Of a stretch of DNA of 64,000 bases, positions 27,175 to 35,387 are shown one piece after another. The position numbers and the translations under genes are program-made. Position 1 is the first letter of the stretch; every line of letters starts with the position of its first letter. This stretch comes from Terriglobia bacterium (GTDB taxonomy: Bacteria > Acidobacteriota > Terriglobia > Terriglobales > Acidobacteriaceae), in the NCBI GenBank assembly GCA_963760215.1, contig CAVXCJ010000002.1, positions 3,665,920 to 3,729,919 of the forward strand, given 5' to 3'. The notes below the pieces were generated by a model. The model was not told the origin of the DNA. It was given only the letters and a program-made list of their open reading frames with translations, and searched no databases.

Positions 27175-28407
27175 TCACGCCATCCAGCTTAGCCATAGCC
27201 ATCCGAATAGCAGCGTCACGGCAGTGACCGGCAGCCCGACGCGGAAGTAGTCCCAGAATCCGATGTGCACCGCCGGGCGCGACCGTTCCACGACGATGAT
27301 ATTGGCGATCGAGCCGGTGATGGTCAGGTTCCCGGCGAGCGTGCTGGCCATGGCGAGGACGAGCCAGGCGTGCTGTGGATTTTGAAATCCTGGCGCCAAC
27401 GACTTCAGCAGCATTACGGCGGGTACGTTGCTGACCAGGTTCGACAACGCGGCGGTCACAATGGTGAGAATGCCCGCGTTGTGCAGGTTCCAGCGCTGCG
27501 CCACCTCCAGCAGCAAGGACGTGAGCCCTACCTGCTCGGCGCCGCCGACGATGAGAAACAGCCCGATGAAAAATACCAGCAGGCCCCAGTCCACTTCGTC
27601 GTAAACCAGGCGCGGCTCCAGCGAGCGCGTGATCAACAAGATCGCTGCGCCCACGGCCGCCACCAGCGCGGGCGGCGCACCGGCCATGAAGCCCGCGAGC
27701 ACGGCTGCGGTCACCACAACCGGCTTGCCCAGCGAGCGTGCAGCGCCTTGCGTGACTTCCACGACAACGCCGTTGTTGTTGTCCGGTGTTTGTCCGTCGC
27801 CGACGAAATGCAGCACCAGCCAGTCGAGCAGCAGGCCAATAATCGCGACAGGTCCGAGGTGGGCAAGAAATGACCGATAGGGAATTCCGGAGAAGGAGCC
27901 GATCAGGATGTTCTGCGGGTTGCCGGTGATGGTGGCGACGCTGCCGATGTTGGATGCGGTGGCCACCGCGAGCAGGTAGCGCGCTGGGGGAACGTTCATC
28001 CGTCGCGTGATGGTCAGCACGAATGGGACCATGACCAAGCAGATGATGTCGTTCACAAAAAATGCGGAGAGAATGCCGCTGGTGAAGATGATCGCCGGGA
28101 GCAGGTGGTGCCGTCCCATGCGGGCAACAGCAAACAGCGCGACGCGGTCGAAGAAGCCCGCCAGGTGCAGGTTGCCGACGATCAGCATCATCGAGAACAG
28201 CAGCACGATGGTGGCGAAATTGATGTAACGCAGCGAGTCGCCGGGGCCGAGTATGCGGAAGGCGAACATCAGCACCGCACCGATAATCGCCATGCCGGGG
28301 CGGTCAATTTTCCAGCCGGGGAACTTGCCGATGGCGAACACCAGATAGCTGGCGAGGAAGATCAGGTATCCGGCGACGATGTGCGCTTCCGTGAAGGCGT
28401 GGTGCAT
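27175..28407 (-). CDS. ArsB/NhaD-superfamily anion permease
   Basis: 410 aa from MHHAFTEAH..., about 10-12 TM helices. The repeated 'GNPQNIL / GSIANIIV'-type hairpin-loop motifs are typical of the ArsB/NhaD/SLC13 fold. The longer ORF start reads through repeats. Confidence 0.75.
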   Translation of the reverse strand: MHHAFTEAHIVAGYLIFLASYLVFAIGKFPGWKIDRPGMAIIGAVLMFAFRILGPGDSLRYINFATIVLLFSMMLIVGNLHLAGFFDRVALFAVARMGRHHLLPAIIFTSGILSAFFVNDIICLVMVPFVLTITRRMNVPPARYLLAVATASNIGSVATITGNPQNILIGSFSGIPYRSFLAHLGPVAIIGLLLDWLVLHFVGDGQTPDNNNGVVVEVTQGAARSLGKPVVVTAAVLAGFMAGAPPALVAAVGAAILLITRSLEPRLVYDEVDWGLLVFFIGLFLIVGGAEQVGLTSLLLEVAQRWNLHNAGILTIVTAALSNLVSNVPAVMLLKSLAPGFQNPQHAWLVLAMASTLAGNLTITGSIANIIVVERSRPAVHIGFWDYFRVGLPVTAVTLLFGWLWLSWMA

Positions 28408-28444
28408 GGAGAAGAAACAGGATAGCAAGTTGACTGCGAGTTGC

Positions 28445-28497
28445 GATTGATGATTTGTGATTTGAACCGCAAAGGACGCGAAGGTCGCGAAGGGCGG
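28445..28497 (+). repeat. Tandem heptamer (GATTKRT) array followed by 9-mer (AAGGNCGCG) array
   Basis: GATTGATGATTTGTGATTTGA (28445-28465) and AAGGACGCGAAGGTCGCGAAGGGCGG (28472-28497). Confidence 0.8.
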
Positions 28498-28548
28498 TTG
28501 GATTCGAGTGGAGGTGCGTTCTGATGTGCGGGCGCTGCGGGCAAAGTA

Positions 28549-28614
28549 GGGGTCCTTCGACTCGATCGCAACGTGCCCAAAAGCGGGGCCCGTTGGATCT
28601 CGCTCAGGATGACA
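28549..28614 (+). repeat. GC-rich repeat unit GGGGTCCTTCGACTCG...CTCGCTCAGGATGACA
   Basis: Termini match the units at 17034, 37543, 42721 and 45113. + orientation. Confidence 0.85.
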
Positions 28615-28659
28615 CCACCTCAATTTTAGTGGGAAGGGCAGATTTCGTGGCAGGTCAAA

Positions 28660-30888
28660 CTAGAAGGCAAAGAGGTAGGAAAGCTTCACGAACACCTGGT
28701 TGCCGAGGTCGGTGACGTCGAACGGCGAGCGGCGCTGGCGGTTGTAGCCGACGTAAAGCGCGCTGCGGGCGGTGAAATCGTAGGCGAACAGCGAGTTGAT
28801 GCTGAGGTCATTGCCGTGGCGGTCGCTGGCGTACTGCGCGAAGACGCGGGCGCGCGCCTTGGTGTTGAACTGGTAGGTCCAGCGCGAGATGAAGAAGCGC
28901 CGGTACTGAAAGTGACGGCCGTCCCGGAGATGTTCGTCAATGAGGATGGCGTTGAGCTCGGAACGCAGGTGGCGGCCCAGCCGAGCCGTGGACTGGAGTT
29001 GCAGCGCCTTCATTGAGCCGTAGAAGTTCTCGTTGAACTGCACCATTTTCTGCGTCTGGAACAGCAAGTCAAAATACACGCGACGGCTCTGGTTGGAGGA
29101 AAGCTCCACGACATAAATTGGCTCCTGGTACCCGCGCGTATTGGGGAGCCGCTGGAAGTCCGGCGTAAAGAAGAAAAAGCGAGTGCGGTCGTAGGAACCG
29201 CGGAAGTGCGCGGTCCAGAAATTCTTGAATTGCGCTTTGAAGTCGAAGTCCGCTCCGGCATCCTCCAGTTCTCCGTGGGTGCCGTTGCTCTGGTCGTAGT
29301 TCAAATTGAAAAAGAGCTGGCGGATGCCATAGCGGTTGATGAATGGCTTCCAGGTGGCGGACATCCAGCCGGTCCAGCGGTCCACTTCGGGCTCGAAGCC
29401 GGTATGGCTGAGGTCGGTTTTGTTGCCCAGGAACTTGCCGCCGGTGTCGTAGGTGAACTTGTCAGAGTCGTAGATGAATTCCGAGGTCCACCCGAGATGC
29501 TGCGCGTCCACGCCGGGATTTCGGTCGTTGGTGTTGACCATGGCCTGCGAAACCCAGCGGATATGCGAGCCTGAGAGGATGCTGAGATCCACGGCATGCG
29601 TGCTCTCGTTCTGGCCAACGCTGCCCGGCTGCTGCCGGCGATTCACCGTCATGAAGCCGATGGCGGACTTCTGAAATAAATCGTGCTGCAGGCGCACTAC
29701 GCCGAAAAACGCTCCCGGCGCCTGCTGCAGGGTTTGGGTTGCGGGATCGACGTAGTCCTGGGCCTGCGTGAGCGCCTCGAGCGCGCCGATGGTCCACCCG
29801 CCGCTCTTGCCGGTGACCTTGCCGCCCTCCAGGATGCGCTGCGGTTCGCCGTCGGGCATGGGCGAGCCGATGCGGCGGGAGAAGAACAGTTGCAGCGGCG
29901 TCTGGAAATAGTTGGCGCCCTCAGTGAAAAACTGGCGCTTTTCAGGGAAGAAGATTTCGAAGCGGGAGACCTCGGCGGTGAACTGGTCGGCCTCGGTTTC
30001 GCCGAAGTCGGGATTGATGGCGAGGTTGGCGGTCAGGTTCTGGCGCAGGCCGTAGCGCGCGTTGAGTCCGCCGTTGGCGGTGACCTTGTTGAGCTGGGGC
30101 TGGCGTCCGCCGCTGCGGTCGGCGCCGCCGGCGAACGGAACCAGTTCGAGGTTGCGCCCGACGTGCACGTCTTCCAGCCCGGTGAGCACGCCGGCGCGCG
30201 AGGGCTTCATGTAACCTTCGAAGCGCGGCACCGGAACCCAGAATGCGAATTCGTTTTCGCGCAGCCGCTCGCGCCCGATGTTGATGCCCCACTCCTGCGA
30301 GGAGCCCTGCGAGATGCGGATGGACTTGAACGGGATCACGACTTCCGCCGACCAGCCCCAGGACTCGCGCGACACCGCGCTGTACCAGATGCCGTCCCAG
30401 GTCAGGTCAATCGTGCCGAAGCCCTGACCGCCGCGCGATTCGTCGAAGGTGCCGTCGAACTGCGCGCCGGCGGCGGTAACGCTGAAGAAGTATCCGGTGC
30501 GGCGGTCGTGGAAGGTGTCGAGCAGGATGTCGGCGCTGTCGGAGCCGCTGGAGACGTCGCGGGCGACGAAGTGGTAGTTGATCTTGTCGGGGTCGTCCTC
30601 GAAGCGGAAACCGAAGTAGATGTTGTTTTCGTCGTAGAAAATGCGGGCTTCGGTGCGGCGGCTGACGGGCGCGCCTTCGTGGGGCTGCGTTTGGGTGAAG
30701 TTTGTGATCGGCTCGATCGTCGTCCAGACCGGTTCGTCGAGCTTGCCGTCAATTCTTAGGTGCGCGTCGTTGATGCGGCGCACGCGGATTTTGTGGTCCT
30801 CGGTAGTCCCGGCCAGTTGCGCGTGAAGGGGCGCGACAGCCAGCGGAAGAATGGCGAAGATGAGGACGAACAGGATCCGGCGCATCAT
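28660..30888 (-). CDS. CBM9-like + DUF5916 outer-membrane beta-barrel protein
   Basis: 742 aa from MMRRILFVLIFAILPLAVAPLHAQ (signal peptide). 'IDGKLDEPVWTTIEPITNFTQ' CBM9-like N-domain, alternating beta-strand pattern, C-terminal ...KLSYLFAF*. Confidence 0.65.
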   Translation of the reverse strand: MMRRILFVLIFAILPLAVAPLHAQLAGTTEDHKIRVRRINDAHLRIDGKLDEPVWTTIEPITNFTQTQPHEGAPVSRRTEARIFYDENNIYFGFRFEDDPDKINYHFVARDVSSGSDSADILLDTFHDRRTGYFFSVTAAGAQFDGTFDESRGGQGFGTIDLTWDGIWYSAVSRESWGWSAEVVIPFKSIRISQGSSQEWGINIGRERLRENEFAFWVPVPRFEGYMKPSRAGVLTGLEDVHVGRNLELVPFAGGADRSGGRQPQLNKVTANGGLNARYGLRQNLTANLAINPDFGETEADQFTAEVSRFEIFFPEKRQFFTEGANYFQTPLQLFFSRRIGSPMPDGEPQRILEGGKVTGKSGGWTIGALEALTQAQDYVDPATQTLQQAPGAFFGVVRLQHDLFQKSAIGFMTVNRRQQPGSVGQNESTHAVDLSILSGSHIRWVSQAMVNTNDRNPGVDAQHLGWTSEFIYDSDKFTYDTGGKFLGNKTDLSHTGFEPEVDRWTGWMSATWKPFINRYGIRQLFFNLNYDQSNGTHGELEDAGADFDFKAQFKNFWTAHFRGSYDRTRFFFFTPDFQRLPNTRGYQEPIYVVELSSNQSRRVYFDLLFQTQKMVQFNENFYGSMKALQLQSTARLGRHLRSELNAILIDEHLRDGRHFQYRRFFISRWTYQFNTKARARVFAQYASDRHGNDLSINSLFAYDFTARSALYVGYNRQRRSPFDVTDLGNQVFVKLSYLFAF

Positions 30889-31026
30889 GGCAAAATGACG
30901 GGAAAGAATACAGCAGCGGCGATACAAACCGCAGTGCTTTGGCCGCAGGTAACAACTTTTTACAGACACAAGCGTCTACATTAGTGCTGTCCGTGGTCGG
31001 CACGCCCGCCACACAGGAAGGTTTTC

Positions 31027-31719
31027 ATGAGACGCCATTTCGCCGTTCTTCTCCTGCTTGCCGCGCCTGTGCTGTGCAGCGCGCAAACCAGCGATAAACC
31101 TGCTACCAGCGACAAGCCCGCCAGTCCCGAAGCTCAGCCGCGGGGCGAGGGCCGCGGCATGCGCCAAGGGCCGGGGATTGCCGGGACGATCGGTGAAATC
31201 AGGCCGGACGGATTTACCGTGAATACCTTGCAGGGCAAGACGGTGACGGTGAAGGTCACGAGCGAGACGCGCTTCAGAAAGGACCGCCAGGACGCCAAGC
31301 TTGCCGATTTCAAGCCCGGCGACATGGTGATGGTCGGCGGCGAACCGGCAGGCAACGACGCTTGGACGGCGCGGTTAGTGTCGTCACGCCAGGGCATGGG
31401 CGAAGGCAACATGCAGGCGCTGCACGAAGGCATGGGCAAGCAGTTCATCGCCGGCGAAGTGAAGGCGATTGATGGCACCAAGCTCACCATCGCGCGCCCC
31501 GATGGCCAAATCCAGACCATCGAGGTGGACGAGAACACTTCCTTCCGTAAAGGGCGCGAGAGCATCACGCTGCCGGACATCAAGGTGGGCGATCGGGTAT
31601 TCGGGCGCGGGCAGTTGAATGCGGCGGGCGTATTTGTGCCGACGACATTCAACGTGGGCGACATGCGCATGATGATGGGCGGAGAACGCCAGCAGACGCC
31701 GCCTCAGCCTCCGAAATAG
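31027..31719 (+). CDS. Secreted protein with two DUF5666-like beta domains
   Basis: Signal peptide MRRHFAVLLLLAAPVLCSAQ. Internal duplication (GEIRPDGFTVNTLQGKTVTVKVTSETRFRK / GEVKAIDGTKLTIARPDGQIQTIEVDENTSFRK). Confidence 0.6.
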   Translation: MRRHFAVLLLLAAPVLCSAQTSDKPATSDKPASPEAQPRGEGRGMRQGPGIAGTIGEIRPDGFTVNTLQGKTVTVKVTSETRFRKDRQDAKLADFKPGDMVMVGGEPAGNDAWTARLVSSRQGMGEGNMQALHEGMGKQFIAGEVKAIDGTKLTIARPDGQIQTIEVDENTSFRKGRESITLPDIKVGDRVFGRGQLNAAGVFVPTTFNVGDMRMMMGGERQQTPPQPPK

Positions 31720-31816
31720 TCGTCCCGTATATTGACAAAATTTTACGTGGCTTTTGCGCCGCGAACGAAGCCGAATCGCTTACCTTCGGGTTAGTACACT
31801 CGTCTACATTCTGCCG

Positions 31817-34800
31817 ATGAAGTTGGTCCCAGTGCTTCCGACATTCTCCAGACGCGGCCGGCTTGCGGCCATGGTGCTGCTGTTGGCCGCGGCGTCGTGC
31901 GCGTTCGCGCAAGCGCCGGCATCCTGCGACGTGGCGGGAAAGGCGGTGGCCGGGGCGGTTCCGCTGCCCGGTGTCGCCATCTCGGCTTCCAATTCCTTAA
32001 CCGGCAAGAAGGCCGCGACCTCCACCGGGGTGGACGGCGCCTACTTCCTGGTTGCGCCGGCGAATGGGCGGTACGTCATCCGCGCCGAACTGGCGGGTTT
32101 CGCACCCGTGACCAAGGAAGTGGTGGTCAACGCCGCCAACTGCCATCCGCGCGCCGACCTGGAAATGATGTTGCAGTCGCGCGCGCAGGTGGAGGAAGAG
32201 CGCCAGCAACGGCAGACACAGCAGCAGGTTTCCGGCTTGGCGGGCCGCGGCTTCCAGAACCTTGCGCTGTCCACCGATCCTACCGGCATGGGGCAGAGCG
32301 AGGGCAACGGGAACGGTGGCGGTGCGACCGACATGACCGGCATGCCGTCGCAGGCGCTGAACCCGGACGCGGCGACCGAGTCGGTGGCGATTGCGTCCTC
32401 CAACAATGCCGCGCAGACCAACGACATGATGTTCGGCGGCAATGACGAGCAGTTGCGCGAACGCATCCAGGAGTTCCGCGACCGCGCCGCCCGCGGCGAA
32501 TTCGGAAACATGGGCGGCGGCATGGGCGGACCCGGAGGAGGCCCGGGAGGGCGCGGAGGTCCCGGCGGCGGCGGCGGACAGATCATCAGGATCGGCGGAC
32601 GCCGCGGCTTCAACCTCAACAAGCCGCATGGATCGCTGTTTTACTCCGCCAGTGACGGTGTCTTCGACGCCAAGCCCTATTCGCTGAATGGCCAGCCCAC
32701 GACGCAGCCGAGTTATTTGCAGCAGCGCTTCGGCGCCACCTTGGGCGGGCCGCTGAAAATTCCGCATATCTATAACGGCGGCACCAAGACCTTCTTCTTC
32801 CTCAACTATTCCGGCAATCGTTCGGACAATCCGTACGACGTGTTCTCCACGGTTCCCACGCTGGCGGAGCGCGGGGGCGATTTTTCCGGCGTGACCACGC
32901 GCAACGGCGCGCCGGTGCAGATCTTCGATCCGGTCACGCATCTTCCGTTCGCCAATAACCAGATCCCCACGATCGATCCCGCGGCGCAGGCGTTATTGAA
33001 TTTCATCCCGCTGCCCAACGAGCCCGGCAGTTCCCAGAATTTTCACTACATCACCTCGACGGCGAACAGCAACGACAACTTGAACCTGCGCATCATTCAC
33101 AATTTCGGAGCGTCGTCCGATATGCCGTTCCTGATGGGTCCAGGCGGCGGCGGGCGTGGCGGCGCGCGTGGACCGCGCAACAATTTGAATTTCGGGATCC
33201 ACTGGCAGCGCTCGGACGCAGTGCAGAACAACCCCTTGCCCACGATCGCGGGGCGGTCGAAATCCAGCGCGCTGGACGTTCCCGCCGGTTGGGTCTACGG
33301 CAAGGGCCACCTGACCAACATGTTGCGCTTCGATTTCAATCGCAGGAATTTCTCGACCAACAATTTGTACGCGGGTGTCGAGAACATCGCGGCCGAAGCG
33401 GGAATTCTCGGTGTTTCGCAGAACCCGTTCGACTGGGGCCTGCCGGGGCTTTCGTTTACCAACTTCGTCGGCGTGAACGACATCACGCCGCTGGCGCGCC
33501 ACGATAGTACCTGGTCGCTCTCCGATACCGTGATCTGGAACCACGGCAAGCACAACGTGCGCTGGGGCGGCGATTTCCGCCGCATTTATCAGAACCCGCA
33601 GACGGACAAGAATGCGCGCGGCAGCTTCGTTTTCACCGGCCTCTACACCGCGCAATACGTGAACGGCGCGGCCGTGCCGGGCACGGGATTCGATTTTGCC
33701 GACTTCCTCCTCGGTACGCCGCAGCAGGCCTCGGTGCAGTACGGCGTCAACGACTATCATTTCGCGGCGAATTCCTGGGACCTGTTCATTCAGGACGACT
33801 GGCGCGTGCGCGGCAACCTGACCATCAACGTTGGCTTGCGCTATGAATACGTGTCGCCTTTCACGGAACAGAACCATCGCCTCGCCAACCTGGATGCCGC
33901 GCCCGGATTCGTCGCGGTGGCGCCGGTGTGTGCGGCCGCAATCGGCGGATGCAGTTCGGTGGGGCCGTACAGCGGCGCGTTTCCCGCGACGCTGGTGAAT
34001 CCCGATCGCAACAATCTGGCGCCACGCATCGGCATCGCCTGGAAGCCCATGACGAAGACCGTGGTGCGCGCCGGATACGGGATCAACTACAACACCACGC
34101 AGTACTCGGCGATCGTGCAGAACCTGTCGTTCCAGCCGCCGTTCGATTTCACGCAGACCAACATCGGAACCACCGGCAGTCCGCTCCTGCTGCAAAACGC
34201 GTTCACCGGTGTGTCGCCGGCCACCACCACCAACAACTACGGTGTGGACCGCAATTACCGGCTGGGGTACGTGCAGATCTGGAACCTCGACGTGCAGCGC
34301 GAACTGACGCGCACCCTGGTGCTGAACCTGGATTACAACGGCAGCAAGGGAACGCATCTCGACCTGTTCCGCGCGCCCAACCGGACGCCGGGCGGAGGCT
34401 TGAGCATCGCCGGCGTGCAGCCGTTCCTGTGGGAGTCGTCGAATGCGGATTCCATCATGCACGGCGGCACGGTGCGGCTGCGGAAGCGCATGTCGCACGG
34501 CCTGTCGGTGGGCGGCAGCTACACGTATTCCAAGTCGATTGATAACGCGTCCTCGATCGGCGGCGGTGCGGTCGTGGTGGCGCAGAACGATCAGGACCTG
34601 GCGGCGGAGCGCGGGCTGTCCAGCTTCGACCAGCGACACCGGCTCACCGCGGATTACGTGTACGAATTTCCCTGGGGCACGAACAAGCGCTGGCTTTCGA
34701 CCAGCACGCTGGCCTCGCGCATCTTCGGCGATTGGCAATGGAGCGGCAATATCGCCTTTGCCACCGGGCTGCCATTCACCGCGCGCGTGCTGGGCAGCTT

Positions 34801-35173
34801 TACCGACGTGGCCAGCGGCGTGAACGGCACGCTCCGCGCCAATACGACCGGCCAGCCGGTATCGCTGTCCGATCCCTCCGTGGCGGAATGGTTCAATACG
34901 GCGGCCTTCGTCATTCCTCCGGCTGGGACATTCGGCTACGCGGGGCGCAACACCATCGAAGGCCCGCACACGTTTTCCGTGAACATGGCGATCGCCAAGA
35001 CTTTCAGCATGGGCGACACGAAAGGGTTCGAAGTGCGCCTGCAGGCGACCAACGTGTTCAACAACCCGCAGTTCACGACCATTGACACGGTCGTGAATTC
35101 CCCCACGTTCGGCCGCGTGGTCGGAGTTGGCGGGATGAGGAAGCTGCAATTCCTGGCGAGGTACAGGTTCTAG
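31817..35173 (+). CDS. Large CarboxypepD_reg-domain / TonB-dependent-receptor-like outer-membrane barrel
   Basis: 1118 aa. Signal peptide, N-terminal 'GVDGAYFLVAPANGRYVIRAELAGFAP' beta-sandwich, Gly-rich linker, long beta-strand-rich region ending ...LQFLARYRF*. Confidence 0.75.
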   Translation: MKLVPVLPTFSRRGRLAAMVLLLAAASCAFAQAPASCDVAGKAVAGAVPLPGVAISASNSLTGKKAATSTGVDGAYFLVAPANGRYVIRAELAGFAPVTKEVVVNAANCHPRADLEMMLQSRAQVEEERQQRQTQQQVSGLAGRGFQNLALSTDPTGMGQSEGNGNGGGATDMTGMPSQALNPDAATESVAIASSNNAAQTNDMMFGGNDEQLRERIQEFRDRAARGEFGNMGGGMGGPGGGPGGRGGPGGGGGQIIRIGGRRGFNLNKPHGSLFYSASDGVFDAKPYSLNGQPTTQPSYLQQRFGATLGGPLKIPHIYNGGTKTFFFLNYSGNRSDNPYDVFSTVPTLAERGGDFSGVTTRNGAPVQIFDPVTHLPFANNQIPTIDPAAQALLNFIPLPNEPGSSQNFHYITSTANSNDNLNLRIIHNFGASSDMPFLMGPGGGGRGGARGPRNNLNFGIHWQRSDAVQNNPLPTIAGRSKSSALDVPAGWVYGKGHLTNMLRFDFNRRNFSTNNLYAGVENIAAEAGILGVSQNPFDWGLPGLSFTNFVGVNDITPLARHDSTWSLSDTVIWNHGKHNVRWGGDFRRIYQNPQTDKNARGSFVFTGLYTAQYVNGAAVPGTGFDFADFLLGTPQQASVQYGVNDYHFAANSWDLFIQDDWRVRGNLTINVGLRYEYVSPFTEQNHRLANLDAAPGFVAVAPVCAAAIGGCSSVGPYSGAFPATLVNPDRNNLAPRIGIAWKPMTKTVVRAGYGINYNTTQYSAIVQNLSFQPPFDFTQTNIGTTGSPLLLQNAFTGVSPATTTNNYGVDRNYRLGYVQIWNLDVQRELTRTLVLNLDYNGSKGTHLDLFRAPNRTPGGGLSIAGVQPFLWESSNADSIMHGGTVRLRKRMSHGLSVGGSYTYSKSIDNASSIGGGAVVVAQNDQDLAAERGLSSFDQRHRLTADYVYEFPWGTNKRWLSTSTLASRIFGDWQWSGNIAFATGLPFTARVLGSFTDVASGVNGTLRANTTGQPVSLSDPSVAEWFNTAAFVIPPAGTFGYAGRNTIEGPHTFSVNMAIAKTFSMGDTKGFEVRLQATNVFNNPQFTTIDTVVNSPTFGRVVGVGGMRKLQFLARYRF

Positions 35174-35215
35174 CGCCGGGCACCAGAGGGCATTTTTGAG
35201 TGGAGGTTTTGAAAG

Positions 35216-35358
35216 GGCACGGCTTCAGCCGTGCCGCTTGGGCGCCCAAAACATGAGGGCTTTAGCCCCTGAGGGAATATCTCGTACCAGCAACTCTTCC
35301 CTCAGCGGCTAAAGCCGGCGACCGAGCCAGGCATGAACGGCGCGGCTGAAGCCGCGCC
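35216..35358. repeat. Cluster of four GC-stem tetraloop mini-hairpins
   Basis: GGCACGGC-TTCA-GCCGTGCC (35216-35235), GGGC-TTTA-GCCC (35257-35268), CGGC-TAAA-GCCG (35306-35317), GGCGCGGC-TGAA-GCCGCGCC (35339-35358). Confidence 0.85.
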
Positions 35359-35387
35359 CCTTCAAAGAAACCATGCACGGTGTTTGA

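Noticed and set aside
28408-28623. 72-codon N-terminal extension of the ArsB/NhaD permease ORF
   Set aside because: It reads through the GGGGTCC...GATGACA unit and the heptamer/9-mer arrays (FATFASFAVQITNHQSQL). The first TM helix begins right after the internal ATG at 28407.
31725-31760. Perfect TTGACA and an AAAATTTT palindrome upstream of the large barrel gene, considered as a promoter or Fur box
   Set aside because: No acceptable -10 hexamer lies 16-18 nt downstream, and similarity to the 19-bp Fur consensus is too weak to support a call.
32993-35149. 718-aa ORF antisense to the large barrel gene. Similar antisense ORFs: 8700-10073, 10606-11829, 35421-36593, 45716-47206, 47269-49452, 53089-54495
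   Set aside because: All are Arg/Gly/His-rich with no recognisable domains, and each fully overlaps a confidently identified gene on the other strand. They are GC-driven stop-codon depletion.
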